Source: Utricularia gibba (Eukaryota > Plantae > Magnoliophyta). Taken from it: a stretch of 64,000 nt of DNA. Shown here one piece after another: positions 13,700 through 25,782 of the stretch. The notes beneath the pieces were generated by a model that was given only the letters and a program-made list of their open reading frames with translations, was not told the DNA's origin and searched no databases. Position 1 is the stretch's first letter. Each line of letters begins with the position of its first letter. The stretch spans positions 3,286,001 to 3,350,000 of the forward strand of contig NEEC01000004.1 in NCBI GenBank assembly GCA_002189035.1. Direction: 5' to 3'. A program made the position numbers and the translations under genes.

Positions 13700-14590
13700 T
13701 AATGTATTGAGTTTAATCATGAATTGATTGAGTATTTTTGTAATTATCCAACTTACACAAATGAATAATTTCACATAAAATTTGGAATGCATCGCTCCTT
13801 ATTTGAGCAAATAGTAGATGCTATCAAATTTGTAAATCTATATTTTCAAGATAAAGTGGATATCATTAATCAACTAAGTTTGAGTATTTTGTAAATGTGT
13901 ACTAATACTTTTCAAATGTTAACTTATGAATGTACCATTGATAATGCTTACGAATACATTTGAATTGGAGAAACAATCTTCATTAAATGTATTCTCCAAC
14001 AATGGAAGATTTGGAACATTTGCTTGTGTGGGGAGACACTTGATGCTTTATTAGAATATTTAGAAGCATTGATTGTATGAATGGAAGTGAAAAATTATCA
14101 TATTACACTGTAAAGTTAATTTAAATATGAAGATCATCATCAATCTTCACTTCTATTAAAAGTTGTAGCTTTTGTTGATACATGGATTTGATATGTATTT
14201 TTTTGAAATCTTATGTGCGAATAATGATTTAAATGTTTTATGATATTCTCTTTTAGTTAAATGAGGCGCATAATGATGTTGGTCCACAAGGGCAATGCAT
14301 TATTAACGAAAATTCTTATGCAATAGTATATTATTTGGTCGATGTTATTTATTCTAATTAGACTGTTTTTATGATGTATATTATTCTTTCACAATGACAA
14401 AAATCTCAGCTTTTTTTTAAATTTGAAGATAGTGTTCAAAAAGATATAGAGCATACTTTTAGTATTTTGCAATGTCAATTTATGATGTTCATAACACTTG
14501 AAAGAGTTTGGGATTGAAAAGCATGTGGAAATATTATGTATATATGTTTCAATTTGTACAATGTAATTATAGAAAACAAAGTCCATGCTA
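13700..14590 (+). mobile_element. PIF/Harbinger transposase relic, heavily AT-eroded
   Basis: Colinear decayed motifs YPTYTNE*FHIKFGMHRSLFEQIVDA (13745), YI*IGET, SIDCM (~14067), NNDLNVL, YYLVDVIY, QKDIEHTFSILQCQF (~14438). These match the Harbinger DDE pattern FRRRFRM / SIDCMHW / NNDINVL / YYLADGIY / RKDVERAFG. Confidence 0.78.
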
Positions 14591-16023
14591 TTCATTAAGA
14601 TAATATTGAAGATGAATATAATAAATCTTCAACCATCACAAATTTATAAAGATGTTGGATTGAATATGCAAAATTATTTGGATAGAATGATCAATTTACA
14701 TAATGTCAATATTCATCATCGATTAAAAAAAGATTGAATAAAGCATATTTGAGTGAAGTTCAATTAATATTTTTTATGTTGGTTATTTATAATTATTTCA
14801 ATTTAGGTTATGTTGAATGTTTCAAATTTTAGTACTTTTAAATTAAAGATAAATTTTAAGTTTTTTCAATTTTATTAATAATTATAATTAAAATTGTTTC
14901 TAGAAATAGATATGAAGAAATGGAAAGTCATTTATTAGAATTCCAAAAAATTAGTAAGTTGATGTAGATTTATTTATTTCCGGAAATAAATAAACATACA
15001 CTAAGAAACATGTATCATGATCAAATTAATTATACGTAGATGAAAGTTAGGTAAAGTGAAATCAGTCAGACCTTGGGCTTTAGAATAATTATCATATTTA
15101 GAGTCAAAATTAGGTTGAGATGTTATCTTATTTAAAGTTGACATTTAAGTTTTTTGAAAAAAAAAATGTATTAAAAGAAAATTATAATAATTACCATTTT
15201 ATTTATATTCAAATTATCTATCTTTATCTCAAAAGATCAAAGGTCTTTGCAAACACCTAATACAAAGGAGTAGTTACATATCAAAATCCAATCCAACAAG
15301 TGTTTGAGTCTAAAATCAGATATTTGACAATGGATGTTATCACAAATAGTGACGTAATTATCAGATGCTATCTGATTGTTGTCTCTCCGACCAAAATAAG
15401 AAACACATATCCTCATTTACAGGAAAACATGATTTCCAAAAATCAGTGCATTAGGGATTTTTTTTTATCAAAAACAAAAACATTGGACCCTTATAATAGC
15501 AAATTGATTTGGAGACCAAATATGCAAAGTATTTAAATAGTATTAATTCTTTGTGCCTTAGTTATAAATAGTGAAGACTTATTATGCATGGTCAAATATT
15601 GAAAATCCAATTATACAATTTATTATAAACAGTGATAACTAAATTTATCAAAATGATAAACTTCAAAGATTTTTTATGTAATTTTTTTCTATGTATTATA
15701 TTAATTGCTAATGAAAATCTATTTAATGATGTTGAAAGCCGATTTCAAATATTTTTTTTGTTAATAAAATGCAATCTTGATTTATTACATTTTCTAAGAG
15801 AGCAACTTTTACAATGGTTTTAGACCAATTTGAGGAGAGCAAAGTAAATGTAATTTCTTTGTTCAGTGTTTGCTTTGTAAATTTAAATTAGACCATTAAA
15901 AAAGTATTATAATCTTTGCCCAGACTCCTTACATTGCAATAATATCGCGTATGTGGAAAACTTTTCAGTGAATATATGAAATAATTTCTCCGTTTCCGTT
16001 TTTCAAGAGCCATCATCAAGAGA

Positions 16024-16032
16024 GATGACGTG
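16024..16032 (+). promoter_or_regulatory. UPRE-like bZIP element GATGACGTG, ~265 bp upstream of the Derlin ATG
   Basis: Matches the GATGACGTG core of the plant UPR element and sits upstream of an ERAD gene. The next base is T rather than G/A. Confidence 0.5.
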
Positions 16033-16296
16033 TTTGTGGGAGCCAACATGGGTGCGGTGCGGTGCGGTGCATCGTCGTCATCGCATTTTCCATGGGTCCT
16101 ATCCTATTCTCCGAGACACCATATCGTTGAAAAACTTCAAGTTTCTGGATTCTAGAAGTTTCGCGACATTCTTCCGCAGAAGCGACTACCGTTACTCGCC
16201 TGCAGGCGATCCCGATCAGAACTGCGAGGTTACGGCTGTATTGCTTCTTTTTTTTGGTGATTTTCGGTGGTAGATTGTTTCTGGGAATTCGTGAGG

Positions 16297-18242
16297 ATGG
16301 CCCAAGCTGTAGAAGATTGGTACAAGCAGATGCCCATCATTACGCGTTCTTACCTTACTGCAGCCATTGTCACCACCATCGGTTGCTCTCTCGATGTAAT
16401 TTTTCTGTATATATGCGTGCGGATTTGTTGGCTCCTCTCCGATTTTTCTGCTCTTATGTAATTCTTCCTCATCGCTTGCGTCTCCGCCTGCGTTTTTGTT
16501 TTTTCAATTGTCGTAGAAGATGAGTTAAATTGCGTTTCCAGTATTTATCGTCAAATATTATTTGTCTGAGTGTTTTATTTTTTTGTATCTCTCATTAATG
16601 TGCAGATTATTTCTCCCTATGATCTGTACTTGAATCCGAAGCTTGTGGTGAAGCGTTACCAAGTCTGGCGTATTGCCACCAATTTTCTTTATTTCCGAAA
16701 GATGGGTAATTGTCTAGATTGAGATGTTTGGCTCTACATGGTTGTTGCAGTTTTTGCGTTTCCTTGATGATGCATGGAGCTGATCCCTGTGATTACTTTA
16801 GATGAGCTGATCTTTTTCTTCGGATTATTGAATTTCCTGTTTTTTGGTTTTAGTTTAGTTAATGCAGCAAACAGTTTCCATTGAACTTTGACTGTGTTCC
16901 TGTAGAGTGCCCTGCCTTGTTCAGTGGACCAACCTTGCATACGAGTAATAAGCTGGAAAGTGGGACTTGACTTTTGACTGGAATTTACCGAAGAAAGCTT
17001 ATTTCTTATTACAGTTTCTTGTCTCCCTGGGCGCCATTTACATGATGTTTCATGATTGGAGATTTTTAACTTAATCATGTGGTATTTCCTTGTTTCGCAT
17101 GCCATATATCAGAAAACCTCTGGTGGTTAAAGAAGTGTAAATTTGAATTTATGTTGTGTTTACAGTTGGTTTTGGTGATAGAATGACGATAAATACAACC
17201 GACAGATGATGCTGTTTTTTAAATTTCAGATTTGGACTTCTTGTTTCACATGTTCTTTCTTGCTCGTTACTGCAAGCTTCTTGAAGAAAACTGCTTTCGT
17301 GGGAGGACAGCTGATTTTTTTTATATGTTGCTGTTTGGAGCAAGTGTTCTGACTGGAATTGTTCTCTTGGGAGGGATGATTCCTTATGTGTCAGAATCAT
17401 TTGCAAAGATTATATTTCTCAGCAATTCACTTACATTTATGATGGTTAGTTTGCTGATTATCCATTAGTCTGTTTATTGCCGGACCTGGATGATCATCAC
17501 TCAACCCTGATCACGTTTTCTTTTTTATTTCAAGGTGTATGTATGGAGCAAGCAGAACCCTTTTATCCATATGAGCTTTTTGGGTCTGTTTACTTTTAAA
17601 GCGGCATATTTGCCCTGGGTAAGTGAATCAACAAGCCTCTCAGTGGTTTTTGATAATCTTCCCAATTCATTTGGGAGGCGATGGTGGTGCCATAAACATG
17701 TATTTGTAGTCTATTTTTGAAGCTACTTCCATGGAGACCATTAAGTTAATCCCAATAAAAGGGTTGAATGGCACCAGATCTGGAAAAATGTTGCTTGGTG
17801 GTTATAATTGTTGAAGTTGATTGCAGACTTGAGTTAATTTGGCATTGCTGATCATTTACATGATTGTGATATTTCTTATTGACATGATAATTAGTATGGT
17901 ATTCTGCTGTTCTCCTGCACAGGTGCTTCTTGGGTTTTCTGTTCTAGTAGGTGCTAGCGCTTGGGTGGATCTTCTGGTACGCTGTTGTCTTTGTGTCTAC
18001 CGTGCCTGGTTTTATTGATCATGGATGCACACTCCTACCTGCTTATGGTTCCGCGTCAGGGAATGATTGCTGGCCATGCCTACTATTTTCTTGAAGATGT
18101 GTATCCTCGAATGACTGGGAGGAAACCCCTGAAAACTCCAAGCTTCATAAAATCGCTGTTTGCCGAGGAGCCGGTGGTTGCAGCGAGGCCTGGGAACGTT
18201 AGGTTTGCCGCTCCTCCTGCGGAGGACGTCCAGCAGAACTGA
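16297..18242 (+). CDS. DER2: Derlin-2 (DER1-like ERAD rhomboid pseudoprotease), 6 exons, ~244 aa
   Basis: Exons 16297-16395, 16606-16705, 17230-17444, 17535-17618, 17923-17976, 18060-18242. Peptides: MAQAVEDWYKQMPIITRSYLT, QVWRIATNFLYF, LEENCFRGRTADF, YVWSKQNP, AAYLPWVLLGFS, GMIAGHAYYFLEDVYP. Confidence 0.96.
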
Positions 18243-18581
18243 GTTGTGAACGATAGATTCGCTGCTGCGTCGCACAGGGAACCGAGAAGATCGGACGCTG
18301 CAGGAAAGAGCAGCATGAAGCCATGAACGATGCTTGTTTTGCGTTGTTTGCATCCAGTTTAGGGATGGAGGGCAGTTTCATTTCATGTCTCTGCTGGAAG
18401 CTTCCAATTTCGTTTTGGTTTTAGGAATACGGAAATACAAGACGCATGTTGGCTTCAGTAAGGCACTCCATTCCTTCCAACAAAGAAGCGGACAGTTTTG
18501 TTTGTAATAAGATTGATGCTACTTGCAGGCGTTATTCCGTCGACAGGGTTCGGATTTCGTGTCTGATCCATCCATCTGTCA

Positions 18582-19470
18582 ATGGCATCCAGGTTCACTC
18601 GCTATTCTCATATGTCGAACCATTCCAATCTTCTTTATCGAATTTGGATTTCATTGTCTGGAAATGCGAAGAAATCAATAATATCATCAAAAAATAGTGA
18701 ATATATTGAAAGGAGAAATTGGATTTGAAGTATTTTTTCAGAGTAAATAATTATTTGGTATATTTTATAAAATAAATAATTAATTGGAATATTTTACAAA
18801 ATCATATGGTATTTATAAACAAGTAAATTCTGATAATGATATATGAAGGCAGTCAATGGACTTACTGAATTTTAAGATATTCGAAGGATTGGGTGAAATA
18901 CGTGTCCAGAGAAATATCAAAACCCTTTAATACGTACCCAGGAATTGATTTTTAATCATTCAAAACAATTTTATATAAATCCAAATGAATTAAAATTAGA
19001 TTAAGATCCTATACACCAATCAAACAATATGTTTGGTAGAAGCTTTATATGGTTTTAATAAAGTTTTAATTTCAATAAGTATAAGTAATGTTATATACAA
19101 CTATTTCTAAACCAATGAAAATAGGAATGGGATGATTTTATTTAAAGATGAATATTTGATTTTACTTTAATAAACTTCTTTTAATTCTCTGGTGTTTTCC
19201 TGCGTGTTGTTGGCTTGGAACCGACTTTTGACACCCCGATCCTTGGTTTTTACGAGGAGCAAAAGTTGAGCGATGTTGGGGAGATGAGAACCGGAGATCA
19301 TCATTTAAACGTCAGGATTCAGATCTAATCTTATGAAAACCGGGAGGCACAGCGGAGGCCAGAAGCCCTGTTGGAAGGAATTTTGTCTAAGAATATGAGG
19401 CCCTACACATTGACTTACAGTCATCTGATTCATGGGTTGAAAACAAGACTTGAAGCCATCCTCAAAGTTA
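18582..19470 (+). pseudogene. 5' and central fragments of a P-type PPR pseudogene resembling mitoribosomal PPR336/rPPR1
   Basis: Colinear frameshifted pieces: possible presequence MASRFTRYSH...KKSIISSK (18582, weak), FEGLGEIRVQRNIKTL (~18875), ILGFYEEQKLSDVGEM (~19240), NVRIQ...ALLEGILSKNMRPYTLTYSHLIHGL (19308-19440). Confidence 0.7.
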
Positions 19471-19655
19471 TTTGGTTAATTTAGAAAGTAGTTATTATAA
19501 TTATAGTTACAAAAGTAGTTTCTATAAGTTTAGTCTTATATTAACAATTGATGTATTATCCAAGTTGAATGAATGGAGTTTGTCCAATAAAAAATTAGAG
19601 TTCCTGATAAGTTTTTTTTTTTTTTCTTCATTTGTTCATTTGTCTACCAAGAAAA

Positions 19656-19667
19656 TGGTATAAGAGC
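19656..19667 (+). other. Primer-binding site (tRNA-iMet) of the host copia element
   Basis: TGGTATAAGAGC, one mismatch from TGGTATCAGAGC, directly before gag. Confidence 0.75.
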
Positions 19668-20250
19668 AACGGTGATCCGATGTCGAATGGAGGTTATCTA
19701 CCAGTTCCAATCCTCATCAAGGACAATTATGAAAATTGGTGTATTCAATTTCAAATGAAGGTTCTATTTGGTGCTTTTGAATTTTGGAATGTTGTCACCG
19801 TTGCCATCATGTTAAGTGGCACTCAAGAAGGACAACAAGGCCTTATCTCTTATTTATTAAGTCTTGGATCATAAATTCTTCGAAACAGTTGCAATGGCAA
19901 CAATTTCTAAGCAAGCATGGGATACTTCGCAGGTTTCTTTCCAGGGAATTGATTGGGTGAAGAAAGTGCTTTTGCAAACTCTTAAGTGGGAGTTCACATC
20001 CTTGCAGCAGAAACCAGGGAAATCTTTCTTAAATATTTTGTTGGGGTTCAGGCTAGTACCAAGCAAATGAGTCGATTGGGTGACAAGCTTTCAACATAAA
20101 GAATTGTTGAGAAGATCTTGAGATCCCTGAAGCCTAAATTTGATCATGTTGTTGTGAACATTAGGGAGGTTAATGATATTTATAACCTAAGTCTTGGAAG
20201 AATTGTGTGGTTCTTTAGAGGCACACAAGGAGCGAATGAAGAGAAGGGAG

Positions 20251-20512
20251 TAACAAAGAGAGAGAATACAAGCACACAGTGTGCATTTCATTCATGTTAA
20301 CTTATATATCCAAATCGGAACTGTTCCAATATTTAATACAAGTTTCCTGCTGCTTTCTTCCACCATTTCTGCCTCGAGTTGTTCTCCTTTTACTGTCTTA
20401 TGTGACTGGCCAGTTTTGTCTCCCAAGATCCCTTCTAGAGTGTTCTGATCGGTACTTTTGGGGTCAGTATTTGGGCTTGCATGTCTTGTTAAGCCCATTG
20501 GGTGTGCTGATA
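20251..20512 (-). repeat. 3' LTR of the TA...TA copia element
   Basis: TAACAAAG...GCTGATA; 26 substitutions and no indels versus 24777-25038 (hand count). Confidence 0.95.
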
Positions 20513-23500
20513 CCCCTTCCTCAAGCCCAACAACCTTTAGATCCACGAACCCTAGCCTTTGCAAGAACTATTCATGCTCCTCCACTCCTAGCGGCTTCAT
20601 AAAAAGATCTACGACTTGCAACTTCGTCGGTACATACATAGGTTTCAGTTGTTCATTCTTGAAGCATTCTCTCATTACATGGCAATCCACCTCTATATGC
20701 TTGGTTAGCTCATGGAAGACTGGGTTCTCCGTGATTTGAATCGCTGCTTTGCTATCGCAGTATAATGGAATTGCTCCATTACTAGAGTACTCAATTTCCT
20801 ACAACAGATACGTTATCCATTTCAATTCACATGTTCTAGTTGCCATACTTCCGGTATTTGGCTTTTGCTGACGATCTTGATATGGTGGCTTGCTTTTTTG
20901 TCTTCCAAGATACTAGGGCAGATCCAAAAAACAAAGCAAATCCTATTAAAGATCGTCGGGTCAGAGGACATGTTGCCCAATTAGAGTCACAAAATGCGCT
21001 GAGAGCCATTGTTCCTCCTCATGGATAGAACAATCCTTTATGGAGAGTCCCTTGCAGGTATTTCGCTACTTGAATTGCAGCACACCAGTGTTCTTCGCAA
21101 GGTCGTTCCATGTACTGATTAAGAGTTTGCGCATAATAGGACAAGTCAGGCCGAGAGAAGCCTAAGTATAGAAGACGGGGGCATCTGAGAATCTTCGGTA
21201 TCATAGGGGTGACTAGATTTCTTTCCCTGGATTGTTTGAGAATCTGAATCCCCTAGGCAGTAGGAGCAACTATCCATTATCCTTAGATAAGCTTAAGTCC
21301 TTGATGATAGACGTTGCATATCCTGTCTGAGTGATGAAGATTCCTTTTTCATTTCTGTGAATTTGTAGCCCGAGATAATAGCTCACCTCTCCCAAGTCTT
21401 TGATTGTGAACCAGTTGTGAAGTGCACTCTTCACCGCTTAAATTTCTTTGAGTGAATTTCCAGCAAGCAGTAAATCGTCTACATAGACTAATAGAACAGA
21501 TATTTGCTTGCCGTGTCTTTTGTAGAATATATAGGGATCATGATGGCTTTGTATGTAGCCAATGGTTTCCAATTTTGAGGTAAGTTCACGGTTCCATTCT
21601 CTTGAGGCCTGTTTAAATCCATAAATAGGTTTCAGTAGCTTGCAAATTTTGTTACCTGCAGGGTAACTAGGTGGAGGTTTCATGTAAACCTCTTCTTCTA
21701 ATTTACCGTGAAGGGATGCGTTATTCACATCCGCCTGATGTAAAAACCAGTCATGTGCTGCTGTCAACGCCAATATCAACTTTACACTCGTGGCCTTGGC
21801 TACAAGTGTGAAACTCTCTTTAAAGTCTTGGGCCTTCTTTTGGGAATAGCCTTGGGCTACCAACTGTGCCTTCCTCTACTCCAATGTCCCATCGGGGTTT
21901 AATTTGTGTTTATAAACCCATTTATTGCCTACGAGGTTTGCGATTGGGAGGGGGTCTACAAGAATCCAAGTCTAATTGTCCTGAAGAGCCTTCTCCTCAG
22001 CTCTCATGGCCAACTACCACCATGGATCGTCTTTGGCCTCTTCAAAGGTATGGGGCTCTAGTTCCAATGAATTTCAATCCTTTGTTGTGTATTAATAATC
22101 TAGCATCCAAAGAGGTTGCGCAGGCTGTCGCTGACTTCTTCTGACGGTTGAATGATATCATCATCCTCATTGGAATAACCATGCGATACCTCTGGCTCTT
22201 CCAAAATAGGATTTGGTTGGGATGCTTCAGGTGAGTATTCTGATGCTACATCACATGATGATCTCGAGTCTGTTCGAAAGAGTTGAGTGTCCAGTGGCGG
22301 TAGCATTCCAAAATCCTCATTGGCTGTGGTACAGGCTCTGTAAGGGAAGGATTCTTCATAGAAGATGGCTTCTCTCGAGACTAGCACACAGTACGCTGCT
22401 CCGGATCAAATACTTTATATCTCTTTTTTGTAGGAGCATAGCTTATGAAGATCCCTTTCTTTCCTCTTGCGCCAAATTTATCTAGATTCTTGAGAGGATC
22501 CGTATAGAAGCACAAACAACCAAAGGTTTTAATTGTTGATAAATCTGGTTATTTCTTGAGTAGGTACTCTACGGGTGTCTTGCCTCCCAAAGTGGTCTTG
22601 GGCAAGCGATTGATGATGTACGCTGCGGTCAGTAGTGCTTCACCCAAAGGTAGGCAGGTGCATTTGACTAGTACATCAAGGCCCTTGCAACCTCCAAGAG
22701 ATGTTTATGCTTCCTCTCCATGCACCCATTTTGCTCTGGTGTATGTACGCAGCTAGTGTAATGTAGGATGCCTTTATTTCCAAAGAATTCCTTGAGCTTT
22801 TTGTTGATAAATTCGCCAGCATTGTTGTTCTGGATGATTTTTATCTGCTTGACGAATTGCCTTTCGATCATGTTGACCAGATTCTTGATCATAGGGATGG
22901 CTTCAGACTTGTACCGGAGTAGGCAAGTCCAAGTTGCACTGCTCATGTCATCCACCACAGTAAGGAACGATTGGGTATTTGTAATGGTGGAGACCTTGTA
23001 GGGTCCTCATATATCCATATGAATTTTTTCAAAAATATCTGTTGCCGTAGTCTCACTTGCATTAAACTTTAGGCACGTTTGTTTGCTATTGTGGCAATAT
23101 GCACAAGGGAACAAAAGTTTTTGATCCTTGGAGGATAAGAGATGTAGTTGTTTTAAAACATTGCCTGGGGCATGCCCTAACCACATATGCCACAAGATAG
23201 GTTTCGCAATGGTAGCATTGACAAAAAAGGCTTCAGTAGAAATGATAAAAGGAGCGTCATCGGAGTTTCTTGCACCGAACAGTTTTCCAACTAGTAGAGA
23301 CCTTGTATCAATTTTCCTCTTCCTCTAATCCTGCTACGCCTCTAGTCCTCAAAGATGCAACTGTTCGCAGTGAATAAACAGGTCATGTTGTTGTCTCTCA
23401 ATAATCTAGGGACAGAGATGAGGTTCTTATTGAACTTTGAAGGTAGAGAAATTTTATCATCTTGATCCCCTGATTTATAGTCACGGTTCCTGTATAGTTA

Positions 23501-24776
23501 ATTGAACACATTTGCCCATTTGGCAGGTGAACAGAGATCGGTTTTCGTAATTTTCTGAGATCATTTAGTGCTTCCTTTTGGAAACAAACATGAGCCGTTG
23601 CTCCTGTATCAATAATCCAGACACTGTTGTTAAAAAACAATGATGCAGTCTCTTTACCTGATATGTGCATATGACTGATAGAATGCTCCTCTCCGTCTTC
23701 AGACTTTGTGTGCACAGAATGACAGGTCCGTGCACTAGTTTTTAGTTCCATGATCTTCTTCAGTTGATCTTCCCACACCTTACTCCAATTATCTCCATGT
23801 ATTTCTTTGAAGCAATCTGACAACCTGTGGATGAGGAAGCATGCATCTTGAGTGTGCGCATCAAGGTGACAGAAGTCACATTTCCTAGGTATTTTTTGGC
23901 TGGCGGATGTCCCCCCCCCCCCCCCCATTCCCAGGTTCTTTTTTCACTTGCACCAAGTCTCCTTTTGTTTTGTACGACCATAACACTGTGTTGGATTTGC
24001 TTGCTCATGGATTCAGTGATTTGTTTGTGTTTTTCTGTTGTCAACACCATGGATAATACGTTATTGATGAGTGGGAGTGGCTTCATGAGAAGAATTTGGC
24101 TCCATGTGATTTCAAACTCCGGACCCAATCCCATAAGAAAATCAATGACGAAGGTGCTCCTAAAAATTTCAGACACTGGTACTTGCATCCCGAATGAGCA
24201 GATGGGTGGAGGTAAGTTAGCTTTGTAGTCTTCCCACAACACCTTCCTTTTTATATAATAATCACTGACTAACAGGTTCCCCTGTACTAGCATCGCTAAC
24301 TCTCTTCGTATGTCATATAAGAGTGGTTTCTTACTTTTCTCGTACTTTTCTTGGAGCTCCAACCAGAGTTCCCTCGAAGTCTCACAGTTGATGAAGGATG
24401 CATGCAACTCTGGAGAGATAGAACTCATCAACCAAGCCAACACCATAGCATCAGCTTGAAGCCACTCATCATAAAATGGGGATGATTCTTCAGGTATTGG
24501 TAATCGCCCATCAATTAGGGCCATCTTCTTCTTGGCTCGAAGAGCAATCTATATCATCTTGCACCAAGCATTGTAGTTTTTTGTGTCAATAATGTGGAGA
24601 CAAGGGGCTGGTTAGAGTTCTCTTAACCATGGAGCTTTACTATGCTTGCAACTACTTCTAGAGTGAGTTGAGAAGTAGAGTAGCTCAAGTGTTTACTGGG
24701 AGCAGAGTCCTCATCTCCCGGTGTACCATGATTCTCACCGGAGGTCATGGTGGTAATCAACCTTGCTCTAATACCA

Positions 24777-25038
24777 TAACAAAGAAAGAGAATACAAGCA
24801 CAAAGCATGTGTTTCATTCATGTTGACTTATATATCCAAACTGGAATTGTTTCGATATTTAATACAAGTTTCCTGCTGCTTTCTTCCACCATTTATGCCT
24901 CGAGCTGTTCTCCTTTTACTATCTCCTATGATTGGCCAGTTTTGTCTCCCAAGATCCCTTCTACAGTGTTCTAATCAGTACCTTTAGGGTCAGCATTTGG
25001 GCTTGCATATCTTGTTAAGCCCATTGGGTGTGCTGATA
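24777..25038 (-). repeat. 5' LTR of the TA...TA copia element
   Basis: Same 262-bp sequence, with PBS on the inner side and TSD on the outer side. Confidence 0.95.
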
Positions 25039-25782
25039 GGGAGGAGCCATTTGAACTTGTGCTATAAATGAAAGCAATCACCTTAGTAGAGGATGAACAT
25101 AAATCTGCCAACTTTCAAAGAGATATTGAGGTAAAAGAGGCTTTTATGGTCATGGTAGAGTCCGAACAAATTTCTAGAATTCATTGCAAAGCTTGGAGAA
25201 GAAAAATATGCCTCTTCATCGCACCAAGGTTGAGGAGGAAAAATGAGTGACTGGAAGTCTATTAATAACAAGAAGGATGAAAGTCATGAGGAGTGTTTTT
25301 CTCATTGAATATGAAACCGTAAGCTCCCAAGCAGTGGGAGGAGTTAAGTCTCTGATTGCATGCCTATTGAAAGTTTAGATATTATGCTTTGAGTGCAAAA
25401 ACAAGAGTGAAATTGTTGTAACACAGTATCTTATTGCTTGCTTGTAACGATGATAAAATGAATTACTGTTATGTTGATTTGGAAGCTAGTAACCATATGA
25501 CCGAAAATAAGAATATGTACTAAAGTTTAAATAAGACACATGAAGGTTCAATTACATTTGAAGTTTCTTCAAAGGTAAAAATTGATGGCAAAGGATCAAT
25601 TAAAATGGTACTTCAAAATGGAGCACATAAATTAAATTGCTATGTGTTCCAAGATTGAGTGCCAATATCCTGAGTTTGAGACAATTCCTAGAAATGAGAT
25701 GTGATGTTCGCATGTGAGAAGGCCTCTTATCATTTAGAATAAGATTGGAAAAATGTTGGTTGAAGTGACAATGACCTCTAAC

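Larger units (their letters stand above)
20251..25038 (-). mobile_element. Full-length (4788 bp) degenerate Ty1/copia element, Ale/Retrofit-like, with non-canonical TA...TA LTR termini
   Basis: Two 262-bp LTRs, GGGAG TSD (20246-20250 and 25039-25043), PBS TGGTATTAGAGC abutting the LTR (24765-24776), PPT TTGAGGAAGGGG (20513-20524). Domains: gag WLQADAMVLAWLMSSIS, protease WIIDTGATAHVC, WHMWLGH, integrase PEQNGCMERKHKHLLEVARAL, RT HQADVNNASLHG...LLVYVDDLL, RNase H. Confidence 0.95.

Noticed and set aside
16025-16273. 82-aa ORF as a Derlin uORF
   Set aside because: Its ATG lies within the putative promoter element and likely upstream of the TSS; the peptide has no recognisable conservation
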